A stretch of 64,000 bases of DNA from the IMG/VR virus record IMGVR_UViG_3300046328_001165, positions 28,684 through 92,683 of that record; one strand, 5' to 3'. The DNA is from a virus. Below are positions 18,501 to 26,733 of the stretch, piece by piece; the first letter of the stretch is position 1, and the number at the start of each line of letters is the position of its first letter. The position numbers and the translations under genes were made by a program. Below the pieces are notes generated by a model, which did no database searches, was not told the DNA's origin, and saw only the letters and a list, made by a program, of their open reading frames with translations.

Positions 18501-21500
18501 GTTTAGCCCAGGCGTTTCCTGCCCTTAAAAATGTTTTTGAGAAGGCTTTTATTGGCGCTCCAGGCGCTTTGTTGGTCTTGTCGAGAGTCGTTGGCAAGAG
18601 CGAGATCTTTGGAAGTCTCGCCCCCCTCATTGGGGATGCATCAAAGCAGCTTGCGAAGTTTACGGGTATTGCTGGTAATGCGGAGAAGGCGAATTCCTTA
18701 CTCGCCAAGAGCTTGCAACTAGGTGGCGCAGCCGCTAGAGAGTTCGCCGTAAATAGCGTATTACTTGGCGCTGGAATTGGTATCGGGTTCATCTTCTTTG
18801 ACCAGCTAATCCTAAAGAATAAGGGTCTCCAAAAAATTATTCAAGACCTAATAGGAACTATCCGTAAATTTGCGGACACGGTGGGTGCGGTTCTTGGTCC
18901 AGTGTTTAAACTGATTGGCGACACAATTTTGCCGCTGTTTACTTTTGGGGAGAATTCTAATCCTTTCCAGAAGATTGTTGGTGGATTGCTGATTGCGATC
19001 GCGGTTGTAAAACTTTTTGGTGGAACGATAACCAATGTATTTAAAACCGTAAACGTCAGTATCGGAACTCTTGGGACTGGCATTTCGGAGACTTTTACTA
19101 AAATCAAGAGGGCTAATGACAGCCTAAAGGAAATACTGGGGCTTGCAAGCGAGGAGGGTAAAAGCAAGACTTTTACCAGCCCCGTCCTAGAGGAAGACCC
19201 AAAGAAAAGAAGGGAAGCTAGATCTGCTCTACTCAAGGAAGCTTTGGCAGCTAAGAAGCAAGAGTCGCTCGCTTTAAGTTCTGGGGAAGCTGAAGCCGCA
19301 AGGAGTAAAAAGAATTCACTTACGCAGGTAGCGCAATCCTTGGTAACAGGGGAGGCAAAAATTTCGATCCCTTCGGCGGGGATTATAACTCAGCGGGATG
19401 TGACCCAAGCCAAACTGCGTGTATCCGAGATAACAAAAGATATCATTCGGTTCTCGAAAGAGGCTAGACAGAGCGCGACCGTAGACCCTGTGGCTTCAAG
19501 TATCGCAACAGCGAGAAGGGAGTTTGCGATCGCTCAGGCAAATGCGGTTAGAGCAGGTATAGAGAATCAGAAACTTATAGCCCCTTTAAGTCAGTTGCTG
19601 TTTGAGAAGCCCACTGCTTTACTGTTTCAGCTCGGAGCTTCTGCATCTGAAGGGTTCAGATCAAACCTTTTGAAAGCTGGAGACGCGATTAATAATTTCG
19701 CCCTGAGAGGTGGGTTCGCATTATTAGAGCTTGAAAACAAAATAAGAAGTGTCCCAAAAGTCTTTAACGACATAGCTTTGAAAGGAGGCTTTGCTCTGCT
19801 GAGCCTTGAAAACGGATTGAGAAACATTCCAAAATCCCTTGATACTATAACCACAAAAGCTGGGTTTGCCTTGCTAAGCCTTGAAAACGGTCTTAGAAAT
19901 ATTCCCAAGACTTTTGACAACATTGCTCTGCGAGGAGGGTTTGCCTTACTAGAAATAGAGAAGGGTTTAAGAAACATTCCCACGGCTTTTTCTGGGGCGA
20001 TCGCCTCTGTTGATCAGAAAATCAAAAGCCTGTTTAGTGGTGGAGCAAAAAGGTTTGATTTCGGCGAGGCTCTCAGGGACTTGGATACAAGGGCAGGCAA
20101 CTTTGTCGATCCTGACCGAGCAGAAAGGCTGAAAACTCTAGAAGAAATAAAATCCTTTAACGAAAAGCGCAAAGCACTCATTGCTGACGCTAAAACCATA
20201 GATGCTGGTACAGGGCTGTCTGCGGAGGGCTTTACCGCCGAGAAGATCGGGAAGGAAGTCCAAAGTGTAGATGCTAATATTCAGGCGTTAAGCGCAAAAG
20301 CTGAGCAGCTAGATATTCCCGTAAGAAAAGCGGCGAAGGGGCTTGTCAACTCCTTTAAAAACGTTATTGCAGAAATCGGTCCAACCTTACTGCTCACGGC
20401 TTTGTTCGCTGGCATTACTACCTATATCGGTTTCATTGATGAGCAGTCAAAAATTGCCGCCGACGGCGCTGAGCGATTAGGTAACACCCTCAGAGAAAGT
20501 AAGGCGAAACTCGATATCCTCAACAAGTCTCAGGGTAGAGATGCTTTGGGTGAACTAACAAAGCTTACTGCGGAAAGACAAAGGTATGTAGATGCTATCA
20601 AAGATCCTAAAGTACTTAATGACGACCCAACCCTAAAGCTTTACGATCGCCAAATAAAGAAACTTCAAGAACTTAGGGCATTACAAGCTAAACCTGTAAA
20701 TGCCGAAGGACAAATCAGACAGGAGACAGACAAGGAATTTGAGTCCTTCGATAAGAAGTTTATCTCCTTCTTGGGTGGTCTCACTGGAACCAACGTAAAG
20801 GAATCAACCAATCAGGTAAAGATAGCCTCAGAGAATGTCAACTTAGCCCAAAGCCAAGCTGAGGGTCGTGAGCTGAGGTCTCAGCTTCGCGAACAAGCAG
20901 CTTTGCAGGAAGGGCTGATCAAGCTTGAACAGAGAAAGAATCTGCTTCAAGGGCAAGGTGACAGCGACGGGGTGGCTCAGATAGAGATTGAAATAGAGAC
21001 ACAGAAAGAATCCATCGCGGTAAGAAAGAGCTTTCTTGATACGGTTATCAAGGGTGTTGAAACCAATAAGTTAGACAGCCAAAGTAAAAGAGATCTTTTG
21101 GAAGATCTAAAAAAGCTTAAAGTTGCCTACGATCCCGCTAACTTAAAAATCGCACCTATCGACCTACCTCGTATTGGTGGTGCTATTGAACAGGCTGCGT
21201 CGAGATACCAAGCTGCGGTTACGGCGCTTGCTAGATCTGCTGGAGATCCAACCCTGTTTAAGACAAAAATAACAGAGCTGCTCGAAACGGCAACCGCATT
21301 ACAAGATGCAGGTATATTGCGAGCCGATGAAGTAGCCAAAAACTTTATCGGTATCGCTGCCAACGTATCTGCTGATCGCGATCAGCAGATTAAAGCCCAG
21401 CAAGCTATCACTGAGGCTTACCAGAAAGAGTCTCAGAAGCGTATTGCTACGATCGATGCACAGCAGGCGAAGATCCAAGCTTTGCTCGCTACTGGGAAGA

Positions 21501-24316
21501 TCTCTGAGTCTGAAGCCAGCTTACTAACAGGTAAGAATGAAATAGATAAAATCGACGCTCAACTTGAAGCGGAAAGGAAAGCATTTGAAGCGAGGAGGGC
21601 GATTAGAGAGCGAACTGCCAAGGATCAGCAGGAGCAAATTAGCCGCGATCGCCTTATAGCTGAGGCTCAGGTTGCTGCGGCAACTGGCGATCCTTCCAAG
21701 ATTCAAGCCCTTCGAGATCAACAGGCTCCAATACTTGATGAGAAACTATCTAAGTTAAATCAAGAGTTAAAGGCTGAGCAAGCCAAGAGAGACTCTTTGG
21801 ACTCACTCAACAAGAGTGGATTGGGGACATCCGAAAGCGTCAAACAGTTTGACGCGGCTTCTACTTCCATTAGCAACCTTGAAAAGCAGATATCGGGTAT
21901 TACCGAACAAAGAGGAAAAATTGACTCAGCCTTGAAGATAAGCACTGGCACTCAAAAAGAGCTGAATGATATCACAGCGCAACTAGGTGGAACCAGTAAA
22001 GCTCTTGCTAATGCTAGATCTGAAAGGGATCGTTTCCAGAAGGCTGTTGAGAAGCCTTTGTTAAAAGCTAGATTCCTGTCTGTAGACGAAATTACGAGTG
22101 TAGGCAAAGAAGCTAGGAAGTCCGAGTTTGAGCCACCAACCGTGGAAGACACGGACAGAGTTGTAGAAAAACGCAGGGATGCTGCCGCAAAAAGGGTTGC
22201 GGAGTTAGAACTACAAGAAAGAACCCAGTCAGAACGTAAAACCCAACTCGAAGATATTGCTAAGAAGAACCCCGAAGCCGAAGCTCGTGGCAGGGCTACG
22301 ATCGCCAGCCTCAAGAAGGCGGGAGATGATGCCACGGCTTTTGCTCTTGCTCAGAAAAAGGAGGAGGAGAGGAAATTTAACGAAGTCGCTCAGGTTGCGG
22401 CGGCGAACAGGGCTAAAGCTTTAGCCGAACAGGAGCTAAGAACCCTTGATGCTCGTATTAAGGAAACCCTCCAAGCCGAAAAAGTGGGTGAGACTCAGCG
22501 CCTCGCTCAGATTACTCAGCTTCGCAAATCAGGTATTAAACTTGAATCCGAAATCAAGCTTCAAGAAACCGCTGAACGCAAGCGCAGCATAGCTCTTGAG
22601 CTACAGCTTGAGCAGCAAAAGCAGAAGCAGATTGAGGATCTGGAAAAGAAGGGTATTGGCGTTAACCAAGAAACTCAGAACGCCAATCGAATCAAAGTTG
22701 CTGAACTGACCAAGACCCTCGCCGAAGCCGAACTCGCCGCGATTGAGGGGCTAGTTTCCGCAGTGCGCGATCGCCTTAATCTTGAGGCTCAAAAGTATGC
22801 AGCCACAATCGAGCAGCAAAACCTCAAGCTTGAGCGCCAAAAGCTGCTGTTTACCGCATTGGAAAAGGGACTTGAAAATCAAAGCCGTCTTTCCGAATCG
22901 ACCAACAAGCTAGCTCAGTCAACGGTAGCTCTGCGCGAGTCTGAGCTTAATACCCTCAACAAGATCTTTGACCGCCAACAAGCCGCCATCCGAAAAGCGG
23001 GTGGTGAAGGTAACTTTGCCGACCTTGAACTCGAAGAGAAAAAGCTGATTCTTGCCGAAAAGTTGGCTGTACTCAAACTGAATTCCCTCAAGGAGCAGCA
23101 GAAATTTGAGGCTGAGTCCTTAGAGCGCGATATTCAGAAGCGTGATTTAGCGCTGGAACGAAAGAGGGTTGAGAATGAAATCGCGATCGAGAGGAAGAAG
23201 GTTGACATCGCGGCACAGGATGCTGTAATCAAATCTGCCGAGCTTGAGGTTAAACAGCGCCCTGAATCCGAGGAAGCCAAGTTAAAGCTAGCTCAGGCAA
23301 GGTTGGGACAAGACAAGAACCTTCTTGAACTTGGCGGTTTGCAGCAGGAAAAGGGCTTTATCGGCGACGAAGCTAGAGTCGGTGAACTTGTTAACAACAA
23401 CGATCGCCGTAATCTCGCTATCAATCAAGAGGCTCAAACTAATAACGCGATCGGTGACGTTATCGGGGCAACGAGAGACCCTGCACTGCAAGAGCGGTTA
23501 CAACAGGAGCAGCTTACTCGCATATCCCAAAATACTGGGCAGGGCGCATTGACCAGTACCGATGTAAGCAATGCGGTAGCTTTGGCGAGTCAACCTATCA
23601 ACATTCGTGGAGCCAGTTTCAAAAACCCTACATCTGCTTTGCTTGGACAGGTAGAGCAGGGCGGATTTACGGCGGCGAAGGTAGACAAACCAGAAAATAC
23701 ACCATTTGCCACCAGCTTTGAGGAGCTGGCTGCTAGGTATCCTGACAAGAGTATCGCGAGTAGCTTTGACGACTTAAATAAAAAATATCCTGTTCAGGTC
23801 AACTCTTTTGAGGAACTCAATAATAAGTTCAGTGGCAAGCCTGAGCCTGAACAGCCAATTGTTTCTTCGTTTGACAAGTTGACTACGCAGATAAACGAAG
23901 GCTTTTTCAAAGTACTGGTCGCCCCAGACATCAAGGTGAGAGACTTGACTTTGAGCTTAGAGGCTGAGTTTGAGAGGGTGTCAAAGAAAATCAGCGAGAA
24001 TCCCGTCAAGCTAGAAATCGACGAGAAGCGCTTAGAGCAGATTCGCGAAGAATACAAGAAGCCTTTAGCTGTGTTTGACGAAAGGCAGTTGGAACGGCTT
24101 GAGGGTATTGTTGGCGCTCTAGGCAAGGGCGAGGCTAATATCGCCAACTCAGGTATAGTTGGCGCTGCCGCAGGTGGAAACCTAACTATCAATGCACCAA
24201 CAACAATTAATTCTCAGGGTGGTGGTGTCACGGATAGCGAAGTCAAGAAAGCTGTCAATGATTCACTAGACAGGATACTAAAGGGTGTTGGGCGCGTTAC
24301 CAGCAACGTGAGGTAG
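15545..24316 (+). CDS. Tail tape measure protein (2923 aa)
   Basis: VEILIQAKDQAS N-terminus, Ala/Gly/Leu-rich helices, hydrophobic central segments, long coiled-coil C-terminal half. Confidence 0.9.
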   Translation: MASQQTNVVEILIQAKDQASKTIGTLSDSLGTAGAAAQFAQGKITALGGALLTTSVSGIKSLGLLGSAIQSIRSSLDTPVGQTLIQQISLAADEALGKAAKLSTLVKEVSGVSKDFGSGFASRSSSSTIQLFDPSVTGKQLENVVIKTADTFSRSLEQKVRNSDLATAFESKLGVSIDSIASQLDSSLSETLLSGFVGKTLPSALDTALGSVFGVNLTSKIVQSIQAAGKSNLLGGAVGKLAQGSVSGAARELVIGELTPNLEGAQLAGAKLSNVFGKKVAQAVLGERTPASAEFKQIDEQLGGALGDVISRLGQRFPDVLGKSDLPIGKLLATKLRGLAEVTSKNELQAAGNLFVETAFSGLRGIRKDFLGDDLNAVFDLVIAPAFDAQKENLKKLIGIDSDTFSQGFLDPLKKASKNLAKGFDDSLEAGLGALGNGGAIAEYLGDVDEFLGGGITEALSLAGNKAASSFADGFRSAIFEEITGVIDNVDAFVLGNLEQVKQIPQKLTQPVGLVSLVADPLAGATEPLELFELLEAGAGKATNAIFEVSQRLTFLSFGFQALQGFVQNGPFDLLIGQNARLQEQLLATQASLVATNKILQNGVVISDPTAAIKALGPAVEGAIAKIRKDSLELVGVTSKDLVDLFQIVAGQASNIGANLDQSANIVTSTAAALGTLGIPLFQARQEITSIVQGTIDQNSLLAKNLNLNNEMVNKWKAQGTFVDELLKRLEAFRAGNKLASQTISGITSNITELFDEIGRKAGAKFLSPIVKELDNVYQFLAANQETISAQVEQLVSTLFVAFDKIVVLFKSLGDPIAKIFGGIPAYLTGSLVGAITAFSDAIVFTVNVLKPAISVFAEVFKLIAPLGGLFITASIGAKVLSAGILGLGQGFGFLAKLLPGLGELLFLVDKRSNSLFNQFLNLTSVLGNRGAAGFLTFAANLDKIPGAAGFATKQLQGLLGSLAPLSGFLVSLAPQVGGLGIKLAGLAQAFPALKNVFEKAFIGAPGALLVLSRVVGKSEIFGSLAPLIGDASKQLAKFTGIAGNAEKANSLLAKSLQLGGAAAREFAVNSVLLGAGIGIGFIFFDQLILKNKGLQKIIQDLIGTIRKFADTVGAVLGPVFKLIGDTILPLFTFGENSNPFQKIVGGLLIAIAVVKLFGGTITNVFKTVNVSIGTLGTGISETFTKIKRANDSLKEILGLASEEGKSKTFTSPVLEEDPKKRREARSALLKEALAAKKQESLALSSGEAEAARSKKNSLTQVAQSLVTGEAKISIPSAGIITQRDVTQAKLRVSEITKDIIRFSKEARQSATVDPVASSIATARREFAIAQANAVRAGIENQKLIAPLSQLLFEKPTALLFQLGASASEGFRSNLLKAGDAINNFALRGGFALLELENKIRSVPKVFNDIALKGGFALLSLENGLRNIPKSLDTITTKAGFALLSLENGLRNIPKTFDNIALRGGFALLEIEKGLRNIPTAFSGAIASVDQKIKSLFSGGAKRFDFGEALRDLDTRAGNFVDPDRAERLKTLEEIKSFNEKRKALIADAKTIDAGTGLSAEGFTAEKIGKEVQSVDANIQALSAKAEQLDIPVRKAAKGLVNSFKNVIAEIGPTLLLTALFAGITTYIGFIDEQSKIAADGAERLGNTLRESKAKLDILNKSQGRDALGELTKLTAERQRYVDAIKDPKVLNDDPTLKLYDRQIKKLQELRALQAKPVNAEGQIRQETDKEFESFDKKFISFLGGLTGTNVKESTNQVKIASENVNLAQSQAEGRELRSQLREQAALQEGLIKLEQRKNLLQGQGDSDGVAQIEIEIETQKESIAVRKSFLDTVIKGVETNKLDSQSKRDLLEDLKKLKVAYDPANLKIAPIDLPRIGGAIEQAASRYQAAVTALARSAGDPTLFKTKITELLETATALQDAGILRADEVAKNFIGIAANVSADRDQQIKAQQAITEAYQKESQKRIATIDAQQAKIQALLATGKISESEASLLTGKNEIDKIDAQLEAERKAFEARRAIRERTAKDQQEQISRDRLIAEAQVAAATGDPSKIQALRDQQAPILDEKLSKLNQELKAEQAKRDSLDSLNKSGLGTSESVKQFDAASTSISNLEKQISGITEQRGKIDSALKISTGTQKELNDITAQLGGTSKALANARSERDRFQKAVEKPLLKARFLSVDEITSVGKEARKSEFEPPTVEDTDRVVEKRRDAAAKRVAELELQERTQSERKTQLEDIAKKNPEAEARGRATIASLKKAGDDATAFALAQKKEEERKFNEVAQVAAANRAKALAEQELRTLDARIKETLQAEKVGETQRLAQITQLRKSGIKLESEIKLQETAERKRSIALELQLEQQKQKQIEDLEKKGIGVNQETQNANRIKVAELTKTLAEAELAAIEGLVSAVRDRLNLEAQKYAATIEQQNLKLERQKLLFTALEKGLENQSRLSESTNKLAQSTVALRESELNTLNKIFDRQQAAIRKAGGEGNFADLELEEKKLILAEKLAVLKLNSLKEQQKFEAESLERDIQKRDLALERKRVENEIAIERKKVDIAAQDAVIKSAELEVKQRPESEEAKLKLAQARLGQDKNLLELGGLQQEKGFIGDEARVGELVNNNDRRNLAINQEAQTNNAIGDVIGATRDPALQERLQQEQLTRISQNTGQGALTSTDVSNAVALASQPINIRGASFKNPTSALLGQVEQGGFTAAKVDKPENTPFATSFEELAARYPDKSIASSFDDLNKKYPVQVNSFEELNNKFSGKPEPEQPIVSSFDKLTTQINEGFFKVLVAPDIKVRDLTLSLEAEFERVSKKISENPVKLEIDEKRLEQIREEYKKPLAVFDERQLERLEGIVGALGKGEANIANSGIVGAAAGGNLTINAPTTINSQGGGVTDSEVKKAVNDSLDRILKGVGRVTSNVR
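19690..19990 (+). repeat. Four ~75-bp (25-aa) repeats within TMP
   Basis: GGFALL[E/S]LENGLRNIPKxFDxIAL[R/K] x4. Confidence 0.8.
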
Positions 24317-24349
24317 GGGGCGATTCCTGATTTCGCAACAATCAAACAT

Positions 24350-24391
24350 CAAAAAGGCGATTGCACCTTAAATAAAGCGATCGCCTTTTTG
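24350..24391 (+). terminator. Intrinsic terminator after TMP
   Basis: CAAAAAGGCGATTGC...GCGATCGCCTTTTTG. Confidence 0.6.
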
Positions 24392-24399
24392 GTGCGCCA

Positions 24400-25851
24400 A
24401 TGATATCCCTCCTGCAATTCGACAACTTCGCGATCGCGCCAGATGGTATTCAGTTTGGCGAGGCGGAGTCAAGGGAATTTACCAAACAAGGCGAAACCAA
24501 TCTTCAGAAGTTCAGGGCTTACCGCCCAAATATCGGAATAACCATTACTGGGGTTACGGATTCTGATGTTGTCTTTTATCAGTCCGCAGTAGAGGCGGGT
24601 TCTGATTTCCGTGAGATCATTTCTTATGGCGGTCGCGGCTTGACGGGTTGCCGCTTAATCTCGGCAGAGGTATCAAATATATTGCAAGTTGGCGACATCC
24701 AATTAGTTGATACTCTTAGACTTCTTTACGAGAGCAATACATGGACGCATGGGGTCGCTTTTGAAAGGTTTAAGGGCTTTGTTGTTGACTTGGATGGTAT
24801 TCAGTTCGGCGATGGCGATTCAATTAGTGTTCAATACGCGGATTCGGGCGTGGTTCGTACCGCTATTGTTAAACGTCGAAAAGTGGGAATCACTTTAAAA
24901 GGTACTTCTCCATCCGACTATCAGACATTCCTCAGCTTGCTTAACAGCGATCTGCTAAACCCCCTGACCGAGGATATTACTCTGGGTGGTATCACCTTAA
25001 ACGATGCAGTATTAACGTCGGTAACGCCAACCGCATCAATTACCACAGGTTTAGGAGAGATTAGTGACTCATTGGTGCTTGAATACGAGACTAGGAATTA
25101 TGATGTCCCATTCTCTCAGGGGACTTTCGATGGCTTCCCGATCGCGAATATTAATGTTAGCGCTGACACAAAGATATTTGTAATCAATCAGTCGGGTTCA
25201 GGGCGGCGAGATGTTCCGACATTTAAGCGGAAGATATCTTTCTCAGTCATTGGTACTCCAGCGGAGTATGCGGTTGGCTATATAAGCAAGGTTGAAAATG
25301 TTGCCGACGCGCTCAATCCTGAGATTATCTCGCTGACAGTTGCGGGTTACACGATTGCTTCAGCGATTCTTGTTAATGTCACCCCGTCGGAGACTGTGGC
25401 CGTAGGTGGAAGGGAGATACGGGCATCAACGCAGCTAGAGTTTATTAGTAGGTACTGGTCTTACGATCTGACTGGCGAAGGAGAAGCCAATTTCTTTGAT
25501 GGATATGAAGTTGACTCGTTTTCGCTTAACGATGTTGACGGTCAACAGGTTTTACTTAATCGCAACGGTGTTCAGTCGCAGGTCGCCATAGCTCGCCAGT
25601 CTGCAACTATAGGGCTGGCAGGTGTTAAGGTTAGCGATGTTGTTTTGTGGAGATCCGCAGCCGCTGCATCGAGGAGAAATCTAGTTAATGGCTCTTCCCC
25701 TGACCTGAGATCTGTGGGTTTACTTGGGGTAGCACTGGATAGCTGCTACCTTATTAGCGCCGTGCCTTCGGGTAAAGAATACCTTGTTGGGACGGAGAAG
25801 CTCGTTGACTCAATAACCCTGATCTACGAAACTCTTGAATGGAACTACTAA
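24400..25851 (+). CDS. Distal-tail/tube-like protein with four tandem ~120-aa domains
   Basis: Repeat ends LLYESNTW / LEYETRNY / LEFISRYW / LIYETLEW; first gene after TMP. Confidence 0.6.
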   Translation: MISLLQFDNFAIAPDGIQFGEAESREFTKQGETNLQKFRAYRPNIGITITGVTDSDVVFYQSAVEAGSDFREIISYGGRGLTGCRLISAEVSNILQVGDIQLVDTLRLLYESNTWTHGVAFERFKGFVVDLDGIQFGDGDSISVQYADSGVVRTAIVKRRKVGITLKGTSPSDYQTFLSLLNSDLLNPLTEDITLGGITLNDAVLTSVTPTASITTGLGEISDSLVLEYETRNYDVPFSQGTFDGFPIANINVSADTKIFVINQSGSGRRDVPTFKRKISFSVIGTPAEYAVGYISKVENVADALNPEIISLTVAGYTIASAILVNVTPSETVAVGGREIRASTQLEFISRYWSYDLTGEGEANFFDGYEVDSFSLNDVDGQQVLLNRNGVQSQVAIARQSATIGLAGVKVSDVVLWRSAAAASRRNLVNGSSPDLRSVGLLGVALDSCYLISAVPSGKEYLVGTEKLVDSITLIYETLEWNY

Positions 25852-25866
25852 ATTCAGATCGGAATC

Positions 25867-26718
25867 ATGTTTAAGTTAACCTCCAACGATCTCCCTGCCA
25901 TCGCGCTGCCTAGCCTGTCACAGCCTAGCGCTAGTTTTACACGGCTGTGGAACGGAGCATCTCGAAGCATGGCTCCAATTGCTAATTGCGACTATCTTGC
26001 CCTTTACGCAAACGCGGTTGGATTGCAGCCAGTCGTTTACCATGCGATCTCACCTATTTATTCAGGTGTTCACTACCGATACGCTTTCCCATTCACAGCC
26101 TCACTTGTATCCGTAACGGGATCTAGCGAGGTGGAGCCAAGGTTGGCTACACCTTATTCGTTTTGGCTGAACACCGACTCAAACACCGTCCATATATATC
26201 GACCTAGAAAAGGGGAGATCATAGAATTGGATATACTGGTGTCGGCAACCGCGATCGCTACAAACACTGCAAACGTATATCGCATTGACACATCGACATG
26301 GGGGGCTTTTACCAGCCCCGACCCGATCTCTGTGGATGGTATCCTCTTCCCCTATTCAGCCATTCTTGGGGTTGCAGGAACTTATGGTATCGAAGCTGGG
26401 GCGATATTCGTTTATTCGACCGCACCATTCCCCAATGGTGCTACATTGCTCCATCTACAGCAAGATCTGGAACTGGAGCCCGTAGCTGCGATCGCCACTT
26501 ACGAACTGACCAACTTTGCGCTGGTCTGCGATTTTGCGGGACGCACATATTTTAGAGCCGCAGATTTACAATCTCCTGAAATCTACGAATTTCTTTCTGA
26601 CGATGAAAGGTATGTTTCGCTGTATATGCCAATCTCGTCGCTTACAGCAATTCAGATTGAGCCGCTCAAGCCCGTGGGTGGTATACAGGCAGTGGGCAGT
26701 ATTACCTACAACTCCTAA
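25867..26718 (+). CDS. Putative tail protein
   Basis: 283-aa beta-rich ORF in tail module. Confidence 0.6.
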   Translation: MFKLTSNDLPAIALPSLSQPSASFTRLWNGASRSMAPIANCDYLALYANAVGLQPVVYHAISPIYSGVHYRYAFPFTASLVSVTGSSEVEPRLATPYSFWLNTDSNTVHIYRPRKGEIIELDILVSATAIATNTANVYRIDTSTWGAFTSPDPISVDGILFPYSAILGVAGTYGIEAGAIFVYSTAPFPNGATLLHLQQDLELEPVAAIATYELTNFALVCDFAGRTYFRAADLQSPEIYEFLSDDERYVSLYMPISSLTAIQIEPLKPVGGIQAVGSITYNS

Positions 26719-26733
26719 TAAACACCCAAAAAT

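Noticed and set aside
16387-24192. Antisense ORFs inside TMP and other long genes, and + strand ORFs within the early arm
   Set aside because: Shadow frames of well-supported opposite-strand genes, without RBS or protein-like composition
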